DNA of 24,923 nucleotides from a virus: UHGV virus genome UHGV-0143632; one strand, 5' to 3'. Shown piece by piece: positions 8,225 to 16,234 of this stretch (position 1 is its first letter; each line of letters starts with the position of its first letter). The notes under the pieces were generated by a model. It saw only the letters and a program-made list of their open reading frames with translations, ran no database searches and was not told where the DNA came from. The position numbers and the translations under genes were made by a program.

Positions 8225-8631
8225 TCGTACCTCCTGTCGGTAAATCTGACACCCTGATCCACGGCCCAGGATGTTGTGTACTCAATCAGGCTTGCCATAC
8301 GCTTCACGCTCATTTGCGCACTGCTTTCGCGGATATTGACGTATTCACCTTCAAGACCTGGCAAAACATCAGCTTCCTGTTTTGTCGCCACGGCATGACC
8401 GCTTATTAACAAAACTTTCCACTGTTCTGGTTTTAGCCACCTGCCGCACCACTTAACCTGGCGGGATATATCAGCGACCATCGCGTGAAATTTTGCATTT
8501 TGAGCGAGATTACGCTTGTAATCGGTGATACGGATCGTAACGGGTTTGTCTTTATCGAGAGTTGTTGCAAGGATGGCGTTAATGGCGAATTGTTGCTGCT
8601 GCTTACTTCGGAGGAAGATAGTCTGGTTCAT
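8221..8631 (-). CDS. ninB: NinB (Orf-family recombination protein)
   Basis: 136 aa; resembles lambda NinB in length and motifs (QQ.AI.A, R.L.QN, W.G.WL); translationally coupled to ninE. Confidence 0.7.
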
Positions 8632-8685
8632 TATTCCCTCTCACTGGATTTTCCCAACAAAAAAGGAGCCGAAGCTCCTTTAGTT

Positions 8686-9360
8686 TCAGAATTCAAATTG
8701 TCTTGCCCGCAGGCTTTTCAGCATTGGCATGGCCCGCTGGATAACGGAACTTGACATGTCGAGACGTGTTACTTCCCTCAGTAACGCATCTCTGTTCTTC
8801 GTCACCATGTAGATGGTCTCAAACGCAATGTCATACAGCTTGTTCGTGTATGAGGAGTTCAGCTCTTTCATAATGGGATACAGGTGTTTGCTGAGGTCCT
8901 GGGCTTTTTCCATCCAGAGCTGCATGTAGCAAAGGAGGATGATTTCTTCGGCTGTGAATTGTGGCTGAATCTGCGGCTGCTGTTCGGTTGGTGCTGTTTT
9001 TCCCTGGCTGAAATAGCAGTCTTCCAGTTTTTCGAACACTTCCCACGCCTGATCGGTTTCTAGCATTTTTGCGTGGCGGGCTGCGCCTCGTTCTGTCCAG
9101 AGGATGAGCGAGCGGGTTTTGGGAGAGATTTTCACCTCATTTTGCGACTCGTTTAAAACTAGTCGCAAATTTCTGAGTTCATCACCAACAGCTTTAAAGA
9201 AGTGCTTTCCCTCAATAAACCGAGATTTATTTTCATGGTGATTCTGCTGTATACGGATTGTTTCTGTTCCATAAAGGCGGGCAAGCAACTCAGTTGTGAT
9301 TACCGGAATCTGGTTATAGGTAACAGGGGAAAGGTTTTTGACAGAGATTTGAACAGTCAT
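8686..9360 (-). CDS. Phage regulatory / antirepressor-like protein (putative), family unverified
   Basis: 224-aa ORF in the nin region; N-terminal segment (PVITTELLARLYGTE...KHFFKAVGDELRNL) looks like a DNA-binding antirepressor/Rha-type N-domain. Confidence 0.4.
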   Translation of the reverse strand: MTVQISVKNLSPVTYNQIPVITTELLARLYGTETIRIQQNHHENKSRFIEGKHFFKAVGDELRNLRLVLNESQNEVKISPKTRSLILWTERGAARHAKMLETDQAWEVFEKLEDCYFSQGKTAPTEQQPQIQPQFTAEEIILLCYMQLWMEKAQDLSKHLYPIMKELNSSYTNKLYDIAFETIYMVTKNRDALLREVTRLDMSSSVIQRAMPMLKSLRARQFEF

Positions 9361-9520
9361 AACGACCTCGCGTTTCGATAATTTTTACCTCACCACCTTC
9401 AGGTGCTAATCATCGTGGTGGCGAACTGTGCGGGGTTAGCACTACCGGTCGAAACATCCGGCGAGCCTTTCGGCTCCCCCACACAGCCCGCCATAAATCG
9501 CGAATGTGACTGTGCTTAGC

Positions 9521-9544
9521 GCATAAAAAAACCGCCAGCGCGGT
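9521..9544 (-). terminator. Rho-independent terminator (minus strand)
   Basis: On the minus strand: stem AACCGC / GCGGTT with 4-nt loop, followed by a run of seven T. Confidence 0.5.
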
Positions 9545-9665
9545 TATGCACCGTTTCGATATCCGGGGTGCTAATCCCGACGCCAGATTTTGCTGGCGTG
9601 CGAAGAATATAATCCCGGATATGTGTTGTCGTCAACATACCTTGAATGTATATAACAAATTTGTT

Positions 9666-10007
9666 ATGTTTACTCTCATAAACTACATTATCGAATACTA
9701 CAGTGACGAGGTTGAAGCTGAGATCCTTTCTCTTCCTGAGACCTTACAAGCCAGGTACATTCGGTACACGGAGAAAATGCGTATTTACGGAGCTAATCTT
9801 GGTTCCCCGCATACAGAGGCATTTGGCGACGGTTTGTTTGAAATCCGCCTTAAGGGCTCGGAAGGCATAGGGCGTGTTTTTTACTGCACGCTAAAAGGAA
9901 AGCGAATCATTATGTTGCATAGCTTTGTAAAGAAAACGCAAAAAACTCCACCTGCCGAGCTTAGAAAAGCTGAAACCAGAATGAAGGAGGTTAAGCATGA
10001 CTGGTAA
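9666..10007 (+). CDS. Type II toxin, RelE/HigB superfamily (phage gp49-like)
   Basis: 113 aa from the ATG at 9666; 3' end overlaps the antitoxin start by 11 nt; toxin-first order with an XRE antitoxin is typical of HigBA/gp49-type modules. Inverted repeat TGTTG-N4-CAACA upstream as a candidate operator. Confidence 0.65.
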   Translation: MFTLINYIIEYYSDEVEAEILSLPETLQARYIRYTEKMRIYGANLGSPHTEAFGDGLFEIRLKGSEGIGRVFYCTLKGKRIIMLHSFVKKTQKTPPAELRKAETRMKEVKHDW

Positions 10008-10305
10008 ACGTACCCCACCTACCATGACACACGATGAAATGGTAGAAAAAATGTTGTCTAACCCCGCAGTAAAAGCAGAATACGACGCCATCGCCGATGA
10101 ATTCGCACTACTTGATGAAATGCTGGCAGCACGAAAAGAAGCTGGCTTAACCCAGGCTGAAGTTGCTGAACGTATGGGAACAAAAGCGACTGCGATAACC
10201 AGAATGGAAAGCAATCTTGCATCAGGTACAAGCGGCCCATCATTTGCCACACTGAAAAAATTCGCCCGTGCTACAGGGAAAAAACTCCAGATCCGCTTCG
10301 TTTAA
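9997..10305 (+). CDS. XRE-family HTH antitoxin (HigA-like)
   Basis: 102 aa; HTH segment LTQAEVAERMGTKATAITRMESN; overlaps the upstream toxin gene. Confidence 0.7.
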   Translation: MTGKRTPPTMTHDEMVEKMLSNPAVKAEYDAIADEFALLDEMLAARKEAGLTQAEVAERMGTKATAITRMESNLASGTSGPSFATLKKFARATGKKLQIRFV

Positions 10306-10359
10306 CTCTCCACTACCGCGCCGTCATTCTGGCGGCGCTTTACCCCAGAGAAATATCAA

Positions 10360-10605
10360 TCACCGGATTACCACATCCCACTCCGGCTCCTGCCATCTCA
10401 AATCCGGTGAATCATTTCTCTCAGGAATAACCATTACGTCCTTTTCCCTTCGCTCCCTTTCTATCGCCATCACAGCCAATGCTGCAACCATGATGTATTT
10501 TTGTTCGTCGGTTCCTGTTTCATAACGACGCATGAGGGTAAACTCGGGGCGATCAGTAACCTCAATGATTTCGTTAATTTCTTTAATTTCGCGAGGAATA
10601 TCCAT
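10360..10605 (-). CDS. Hypothetical protein (81 aa, MDIPREIKEINEIIEV...)
   Basis: Start at the ATG at 10605 with a strong SD (AAGGAGA, 8-nt spacer). Its start codon overlaps, on the opposite strand, the start codon of the divergent gene at 10604 (shared CATG). Confidence 0.4.
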   Translation of the reverse strand: MDIPREIKEINEIIEVTDRPEFTLMRRYETGTDEQKYIMVAALAVMAIERERREKDVMVIPERNDSPDLRWQEPEWDVVIR

Positions 10606-11278
10606 GGGTTTAGTCTCCTTTGATATCACATGCCCGCACTGTTTAAAAGAGCGAGCTGTTATTGAGGCATTTGCCGAAAAACAAATTGAAAAAACACCTT
10701 TTTTTAACGTCGCTTTTGTATGCAGAAGTTGTCATCGAGGAGGTGTTGCTATTGTTGAAATCCCATCAGACCACTATCACGGTCCCATGGCGGAAAGCCA
10801 GAAAAAAGACCTCAATATTCTGATTTCAGGAAATAGCCAGTACCGTTTCCGCAAGATCTATCCTGTGGTCAAAAAAATTACCGCACCAGAATATACACCC
10901 CCGGTTGCAGACCGTACTTTTGTTGAGGCAAAAGAGGATTTACAGAGGAGGCGGTACGACACAGTGGTTATTCTTTGTCGCAGAGTCCTCGATATCTCCA
11001 CGAAAAAACTGCTCGGCGATGAAGCAGGAAAAGAATCGCTGTCGCAACGTATTCAGATGATTTACAAAAAAGGCCTGATCACTGAACAGATGAAGGAATG
11101 GGCTCATATTGTACGAATTGATGCCAATAAAGCAGTTCATACAGATGAAGTTTTCACACCAATTGAGGCAAGCCAGATCCTGAGTTTTACCGAAATGTTT
11201 TTAGTCTACGCCTTCACTCTGCCTGCAATGGTGGAAGCCAGACGTGAACAAAAAAGATCAGATTCAGCCTCTATATGA
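10604..11278 (+). CDS. Zinc-ribbon + DUF4145-like domain protein (putative abortive-infection/defence moron)
   Basis: 224 aa from the ATG at 10604 (SD GAGGAA). N-terminal CPHC...CRSC pair; C-terminal region (VILCRRVLDISTKKLL...IRIDANKAVHTDEVFTPIEASQILSFTEMFLVYAF) matches my recollection of DUF4145. Transcribed opposite to the surrounding pR operon; visibly AT-rich. Confidence 0.55.
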   Translation: MGLVSFDITCPHCLKERAVIEAFAEKQIEKTPFFNVAFVCRSCHRGGVAIVEIPSDHYHGPMAESQKKDLNILISGNSQYRFRKIYPVVKKITAPEYTPPVADRTFVEAKEDLQRRRYDTVVILCRRVLDISTKKLLGDEAGKESLSQRIQMIYKKGLITEQMKEWAHIVRIDANKAVHTDEVFTPIEASQILSFTEMFLVYAFTLPAMVEARREQKRSDSASI

Positions 11279-11310
11279 ATCACTTTTCTGAACACGTAAG
11301 CCCCCGTCAT

Positions 11311-11742
11311 TCACGACGGGGAGAACATCAATCCCTCTGCACTCCCTCGCCAGAATGCCAGCACACGCTGCATCGTTTCGCTGTTACGGCACTCGCGACA
11401 AATTGTGTTGTAGCGTCTGTCGTAGCGCCGTATTTCCCCATCTGGTAATGCCCGGATAAGGTCTGGATCAACGACAACCGGTTTCTTCGACTTTGCCCTT
11501 GAGAGTTTTTTGCGGGCATTTTGCCAGTCCTTACGAGCCTGTTCAGACGGGAATACTCCGTAACCGGAATTGTAAACATCACCACTGGCGGCCAGCTCCA
11601 TGCATAAACGACCGACAGACGCATGACTGACACCAATTTCATCCGATAACTGCCGAATCGTGCCTCGTCCGTTAAGGCGTACGAATTCCACGATCAGCCC
11701 CTTAATTTTTTCCCGCTCTTCTGGTGTAAATGCTCTTGTCAT
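11311..11742 (-). CDS. Hypothetical protein (143 aa), possibly DNA-binding
   Basis: ATG at 11742 with SD GGAGGTG; the track's first codon is a GTG two codons upstream. Basic C-terminal half with a CxxC pair. Confidence 0.5.
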   Translation of the reverse strand: MTRAFTPEEREKIKGLIVEFVRLNGRGTIRQLSDEIGVSHASVGRLCMELAASGDVYNSGYGVFPSEQARKDWQNARKKLSRAKSKKPVVVDPDLIRALPDGEIRRYDRRYNTICRECRNSETMQRVLAFWRGSAEGLMFSPS

Positions 11743-11757
11743 AAGCACCTCCGGAGA

Positions 11758-12528
11758 TCACTTTGTTGTCGGTGAATGAACCGGAATATCAGCAATCGAA
11801 CTGAAAATATCCCGGTGTTTATTCAGCTCCCGCAGCGCGGCGCAGACTCGCTCCCACTTCTGAACATCACTTTTCGCCCTGCGCAGCGCCAGGTTTGCCC
11901 TGCGCAGGGACGGAAAAATCAGCTCATCTGCTTGCGTTTCGGTAAACGATGGCAACGACTGCACAATGTCCGCCACAGTTTCTGTTTTAATTTCTTCCTG
12001 TGTTGCGGCTTCCCGGACTGGTAACGCAGCACCTGCTGGCTGAGGAAAGGCCTTACCATCACTTTCCGTTACCAGCGCGGCTTTCGGCTCTGCTGGTAAA
12101 TTATCGCCCGGCATGCAGTAACGAAATTTACCGTTCTGATTAACGCGTGCCAGCCGCCCCGTTGCGGTTACCACCGCCAGCGTGGAAGCAACCTTGCGAG
12201 TGGTAACTCCGAACTTACCCGCTATTTCTTCACAGGTTTTAGCCCCCTCCTGAGAGATAAACTCAATCATCATGTCAGCGCTAACTTTTGGAGCGACCTC
12301 TTCGGTCAGCATATCCTGTGTTTCAGATTTTACTGGCCGCTCTTCGGTTACCTGGGATTCACCTTCGACAGCCAGAAACCAGGTGTGACCCGTTTTATCA
12401 ACAACGCCATTTTTTTTGAGTTCCCACAGTTCGTTGAGAACTTCTTCACGGCTGATATCAAGCCGCGCCGCCAGTTCAACAGAATTGGCTTTTCCCATCG
12501 CTTTCAGTGCATGCAATACGGTTTCCAT
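11758..12528 (-). CDS. Hypothetical protein with two winged-helix-like segments (256 aa)
   Basis: N-terminal [37 protein letters not shown] and a second similar segment ([30 protein letters not shown]); directly downstream of the DnaC-like gene. Confidence 0.5.
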   Translation of the reverse strand: METVLHALKAMGKANSVELAARLDISREEVLNELWELKKNGVVDKTGHTWFLAVEGESQVTEERPVKSETQDMLTEEVAPKVSADMMIEFISQEGAKTCEEIAGKFGVTTRKVASTLAVVTATGRLARVNQNGKFRYCMPGDNLPAEPKAALVTESDGKAFPQPAGAALPVREAATQEEIKTETVADIVQSLPSFTETQADELIFPSLRRANLALRRAKSDVQKWERVCAALRELNKHRDIFSSIADIPVHSPTTK

Positions 12529-12553
12529 CGAAAATTTACCTCGTCAAAAATTC

Positions 12554-13294
12554 TCACATACCCTGACGTCCAACGTTTGACCGCCAGCTCTCCCAGTTAA
12601 AATTCACCCAACGACCACCATTCATGGTCATACGGTCCATCACTCGCTCCCCCAGAAGCCTGCTCATCGCACCGTGATTCAGGTTAGTCAGCATCCCGAC
12701 ACTGCGCAGTGATGCCGTTCTGCGGTCGACGATCTGGTTCAGTATGACCTGCTCGTTGCGCGTATCCCGCTGCATGCCAATTTCATCAAGGACCAGAAGG
12801 TCAACTCCACAAAGCTCCTGTAAAAATTTTTCCCCGGACTTGCCGTTGTCGTAGCCGTCATGCAACACACTCATGACATCGGACACGGTGACGATAATCA
12901 CGCTTCTCCCCTTCGCCATTAGCCAGTTGCCAATCGCTGCTGCAAGGTGATTTTTCCCGGTGCCAGGTTTACCGCTGAACACGAAATTCGTGCAGCCGGT
13001 ATGCAGCTCTGCCGCGATGGATTTTGCCTGACTCAGAGCATGGCGCTGACCGTCGTTCTGCACCCGGTAGTTCCCGAATGAGCACTTCCTGTGAAGCGGC
13101 TGGATGCCCGAACGGTTCAGGATTTTTTCAACCCGCGCCTGATGATTCAGGCGGTTAATTTCCTCGCTGCGCTTACGGCCCTCAGCCAGTTGCCATTCCC
13201 GCCATTCGTCGGTCGTCCGGAACGGTGCTGCCACGTGCGGTGGTGCCAGACGGCGCACCCGTTCAAGAATCCCTCCTGTCGAAATGTTTTTCAT
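12554..13294 (-). CDS. DnaC-like replicative helicase loader (AAA+ ATPase)
   Basis: Walker A GKPGTGKNHLAAAIG and Walker B DLLVLDEIG; 246 aa; immediately downstream of the initiator gene. Confidence 0.8.
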   Translation of the reverse strand: MKNISTGGILERVRRLAPPHVAAPFRTTDEWREWQLAEGRKRSEEINRLNHQARVEKILNRSGIQPLHRKCSFGNYRVQNDGQRHALSQAKSIAAELHTGCTNFVFSGKPGTGKNHLAAAIGNWLMAKGRSVIIVTVSDVMSVLHDGYDNGKSGEKFLQELCGVDLLVLDEIGMQRDTRNEQVILNQIVDRRTASLRSVGMLTNLNHGAMSRLLGERVMDRMTMNGGRWVNFNWESWRSNVGRQGM

Positions 13295-13300
13295 GGCTGA

Positions 13301-14389
13301 TTACCCCCTGAAACCCGGCGGAATTTCGGTGTCCGGTTCAGAAATGTGATTCACGCAACGCAGGCTGACTGCGCCAGCCTTCGGCAGCGACCACGGATTT
13401 TCGAAATTCCTGTTCGGGCCAAAAAACGTCGATGCCTGCTGAACAAATTCAGTTCCCGCTTTCCCGGTAGCCTCCAGGTATCTTGCGTAACGCCTCACGC
13501 CATCCAGCACGACATCCGGTGACACCCCTTCGCGTAATCTGGCCCTCCAGGCATTGAACGCGGATTTCTTCGGGTTTGACCCTGCCCGATGCGGATATTC
13601 ACGCCAGACCCGTTCGAACACGTCAGGATAATCAACTCGTCCCGCAGACGGTCCCGGCATCGCCCGGGTTAACCCAATCGGCTTCCCGCTCATCGCGGAA
13701 TCGGCTTCAGGCTGCTGCGGTTGGCGTTGTTGCTCCGGTTCGACGATCAGCACCTGCTGCACACAACGCCCGGAATCTGCTTCCGGTGTCGTGCCAGCTG
13801 GTCCTGGACGTTCAGTCAGAACAGGACAAAAATCCCCCTGCGGGTCCGTGGCGATTTTTTCGCCATGGACCAGAAGGGTTTTATCCCTTTCCTGTTCTTG
13901 TTCTTGTTCCTGTTCCTGTTCTTGGCTTGAAAGGGGCTCTGAAGGGGCTTCAATTTTCCGACATGATTCACGTCTGACATCCAGGTGGAAATCATCCTTA
14001 TATCTATCATAAAAGGATGATAAAAAAGGATTTTCCAGCAACGCGGAATATTCATTTCTTACCCCAGCACAACGGTTATCGCCAGGTTTCAGCGATTCAC
14101 CAACCTGCCATGCTGCCATTTCATGCACCCATACAACCTCAGAATCATGGTCATAGCTGCAAAAACCAGCCTCGCAAGCCATTTGAAGCCCCTTAGAAGC
14201 CCCTTCAGGAGCAAGTCCGGTTTCGTGAGCAATGTACAAAACAGGCAGGTAATAAAGGCCCAGCATATTGGAATGAGGCGAGGTCATCATATACAACGCC
14301 ACTACCATACATTCCGGACCAGACTTCCTTAGTTTTCGCCCTGTATCGCCTAACCAGAACTGAGGTGAAATTGTTGCGTAATTACGCAT
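13301..14389 (-). CDS. Replication initiator (lambda O-like role), with internal repeat region and an (EQ)n linker
   Basis: 362-aa ORF between cII and the DnaC-like gene; contains one copy of a repeated DNA segment (13640..13737) and a hexanucleotide repeat encoding SSQEQEQEQEQEQE. Confidence 0.55.
   Translation of the reverse strand: MRNYATISPQFWLGDTGRKLRKSGPECMVVALYMMTSPHSNMLGLYYLPVLYIAHETGLAPEGASKGLQMACEAGFCSYDHDSEVVWVHEMAAWQVGESLKPGDNRCAGVRNEYSALLENPFLSSFYDRYKDDFHLDVRRESCRKIEAPSEPLSSQEQEQEQEQEQERDKTLLVHGEKIATDPQGDFCPVLTERPGPAGTTPEADSGRCVQQVLIVEPEQQRQPQQPEADSAMSGKPIGLTRAMPGPSAGRVDYPDVFERVWREYPHRAGSNPKKSAFNAWRARLREGVSPDVVLDGVRRYARYLEATGKAGTEFVQQASTFFGPNRNFENPWSLPKAGAVSLRCVNHISEPDTEIPPGFRG
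13640..13737. repeat. Iteron-like repeat copy 1 (inside the initiator gene), containing the palindrome GGGTTAACCC
   Basis: cagacggtcccggcatcgcccgggttaacccaatcggcttc ... aggctgctgcggttggcgttgttgctccgg; near-identical copies lie at 14420..14565. Confidence 0.7.
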
Positions 14390-14419
14390 AGTCCCCTCGC
14401 ATACAAGATTTACTCCATA

Positions 14420-14565
14420 CCGCAGACGGTCCCGGTATCTCCCGGGTTAACCCAATCGGCTTCAGGCTGCTGCGGTTGGTGTGACTGCACATCTTCACAG
14501 ACGGTCCCGGTATCTCCGGGTTAACCCAATCGGCTTCAGGCTGCTGCGGTTGGTGTTGTTGCTGG
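14420..14565. repeat. Iteron-like repeat copies 2 and 3 (tandem, just upstream of the initiator start)
   Basis: Two tandem copies of cagacggtcccggtatctc(c)cgggttaacccaatcggcttcaggctgctgcggttggtg. Confidence 0.7.
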
Positions 14566-14606
14566 CGAAATTCTTCCAGATGTGGCAGAATTATTCCCGT
14601 GTATTG

Positions 14607-14683
14607 CTCCATGCCCTGCCTGAATATCAGATATTCATCAGGATTTGCTCAGAACGTCCGGCCCCAACCGGACGTTTTTTATT
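14607..14683 (+). ncRNA. oop: oop-like antisense RNA (antisense to the 3' end of cII) with intrinsic terminator
   Basis: + strand terminator (stem ACGTCCGG / CCGGACGT, then TTTTTTATTT) at about 14654..14683 inside the cII C-terminal codons; ggatttgctcagaacg...ttttttatt closely resembles the 3' part of lambda OOP RNA. The 5' end is estimated. Confidence 0.55.
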
Positions 14684-14923
14684 TGCATGAACGTTAATGG
14701 CATGCTGGAAAGCCCGGCTGATCGGACTGATATCAGATGCCATCTGAAACGCGCATAAAATCGCCGCGATGTATCGCCAGTCGGTACGACTGACCTTCGA
14801 TTCATGGCAGCCAATCATCTTCGCCAGTCCCCTTTGCGTCAGAGCTGACAGGTTGATAAGTAAATCCGTTTCAGCGCGATCGATATCGCGCTGTGACAGT
14901 TTGCTGTAACTTGTTTGTGACAT
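14627..14923 (-). CDS. cII: Transcriptional activator cII
   Basis: 98 aa; C-terminal NKKRPVGAGRSEQILMNI matches the lambda cII C-terminus pattern (NKKRP...ERSEQI); central HTH; located between cro-like and the initiator. Confidence 0.75.
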   Translation of the reverse strand: MSQTSYSKLSQRDIDRAETDLLINLSALTQRGLAKMIGCHESKVSRTDWRYIAAILCAFQMASDISPISRAFQHAINVHANKKRPVGAGRSEQILMNI

Positions 14924-14991
14924 TTGTTAATTTTCCTATATTGATATGGGGTTAAGCGGCAATCCCCAATGGGTTTGCCACTGATGTTTGC

Positions 14992-15032
14992 TCACCCTGT
15001 TAGAGGTGAACGACCAGCAATGTTAAAGAGCG
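14992..15032 (-). promoter_or_regulatory. nutR-like site (boxA CGCTCTTTAACA plus boxB hairpin)
   Basis: On the minus strand, 8 nt after the cro-like stop: CGCTCTTTAACA, 11-nt spacer, then TCACC-TCTAACAG-GGTGA. Confidence 0.5.
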
Positions 15033-15039
15033 GTGTTAC

Positions 15040-15264
15040 TTATTCAGCCTGGTTCGGATGAGGAAACAGGTGCGGTAAGTCCGGGCGAATTTCGTAAGCC
15101 TTAACCTGACCATTGGTGGCATTAACGATAGCGAAAACTTTTTCAGGAGAAACTTTTCCGCCTCGCAACCATTTATGAACAGCGGGCTGTGATACGCCGC
15201 AATCAGCTGCAAGTCGTTTTTGACTGCCAACAATATTCAAGGCTCGCTGAATCACTAAATTCAT
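15040..15264 (-). CDS. Cro-like HTH repressor (YdaS/Cro family)
   Basis: About 74 aa from the ATG at 15264 (SD AGAGG, 7-nt spacer); HTH LAADCGVSQPAVHKWLRGG; divergent from the cI-like gene across a 110-bp operator region. Confidence 0.6.
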   Translation of the reverse strand: MNLVIQRALNIVGSQKRLAADCGVSQPAVHKWLRGGKVSPEKVFAIVNATNGQVKAYEIRPDLPHLFPHPNQAE

Positions 15265-15300
15265 GAGCATACCTCTACAGAAAATAAAGCATAACCAAAA

Positions 15301-15363
15301 ATAACATGAGTTATACACCAGGGCAATAACAATTGTTGTTTTACTTTTGATAACCGTGGTTAT
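15301..15363. promoter_or_regulatory. OR-like operator cluster with divergent promoters between the cro-like and cI-like genes
   Basis: Three inverted repeats sharing ATAAC/GTTAT half-sites: ATAAC-ATGA-GTTAT (15301..15314), AACAATTGTT (15327..15336), ATAACC-GT-GGTTAT (15350..15363). Confidence 0.55.
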
Positions 15364-15374
15364 AGATTACAGGT

Positions 15375-16082
15375 ATGAAAACATTCGCAGAAAGACTAAA
15401 TGCCGCCATGAGTTCAGCCGGGTTGTCACAAGCACAACTTGCAGACATGGTGGGGGTATCACAACCAGCCATACAAAAGATGTCATCTGGTAAAACAACC
15501 GGATCACGTAAAATGGTCGAATTAGCCAACGCGTTAAGAGTTCGCCCTGAATGGCTAAGCTCTGGTATAGGGTCAATGAGACCACAGAGCGCAGAAGAGC
15601 CATCTAATGCTCGGGAATCATCTTTAAAAGCTATCGCCTGGGATGATCATCAAAATGATAATGACGAATTTGTTGCGCTCCCCCTTCTAAATATTTCACT
15701 TTCAGCTGGCGGAGGAAGTTGTGCATTGGAGGAGTCCGCAGAATTCTCTCTAGTTTTTAGGCGCTATTACCTGAAAAAAATGGGAGTTCCAGAAAAAGCG
15801 GCAAAGTTGGTCAGGGTTGTTGGGCAAAGCATGGAGCCAACACTCCATGATGGTGATGTGGTGGGGGTAAACACGCAAGATACGAGCATCAGGGATGGTA
15901 AAACATATGCAATTTGCCAAGCTGATTTGTTAAGGGTAAAAACGCTCATAGCCACGCCAACATCGGTAATTATCAGATCGATAAACCGCGAAGAGTATCC
16001 TGATGAAGTAATGAACAGAGAAGAATTCTACAAAAACGTAAGAATCATAGGGCGAGTGTTCTGGTCATCACATAGCTGGTAA
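15375..16082 (+). CDS. cI: cI-like prophage repressor (XRE HTH + LexA-type S24 peptidase domain)
   Basis: 235 aa; N-terminal HTH (LSQAQLADMVGVSQPAIQKM), C-terminal S24 signature (GQSMEPTLHDGD ... Lys-containing segment); almost no leader upstream of the ATG, as for lambda pRM transcripts. Confidence 0.85.
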   Translation: MKTFAERLNAAMSSAGLSQAQLADMVGVSQPAIQKMSSGKTTGSRKMVELANALRVRPEWLSSGIGSMRPQSAEEPSNARESSLKAIAWDDHQNDNDEFVALPLLNISLSAGGGSCALEESAEFSLVFRRYYLKKMGVPEKAAKLVRVVGQSMEPTLHDGDVVGVNTQDTSIRDGKTYAICQADLLRVKTLIATPTSVIIRSINREEYPDEVMNREEFYKNVRIIGRVFWSSHSW

Positions 16083-16206
16083 TCAGACTCCAACTGAACT
16101 TTTGCTATAAGAACACTCACGAAGAACGGCCTTTTATTGTGCTCAATACCACCGATGGTAAACCATTCGCCAAGTAGCCAATTCATAAAATGCCATTTCT
16201 AAATCC

Positions 16207-16233
16207 CCCGGCTCCAGTGCCGGGTTTTATTTA
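16207..16233 (+). terminator. Rho-independent terminator downstream of the cI-like gene
   Basis: Stem CCCGGC / GCCGGG with 6-nt loop followed by TTTTATTT. Confidence 0.6.
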
Positions 16234-16234
16234 C

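Noticed and set aside
11304-11324. Hairpin CCCCGTC-attca-GACGGGG between the convergent DUF4145-like gene and the 143-aa gene, considered as a bidirectional terminator
   Set aside because: No T-run follows on either strand, so it is not a canonical intrinsic terminator; noted only as a possible transcript-stabilising or weak termination element.
13576-14055. ORFs inside the initiator gene on either strand (13576..13977 +, 13721..13930 +, 13791..14012 +, 13816..14055 -)
   Set aside because: Shadow ORFs generated by the repeat-rich initiator sequence (including the hexanucleotide repeat).
14382-14612. 76-aa minus-strand ORF spanning the tandem repeat copies upstream of the initiator
   Set aside because: Its sequence is a by-product of duplicating part of the initiator coding sequence, and it overlaps the initiator start out of frame; more likely a non-coding repeat/origin region.
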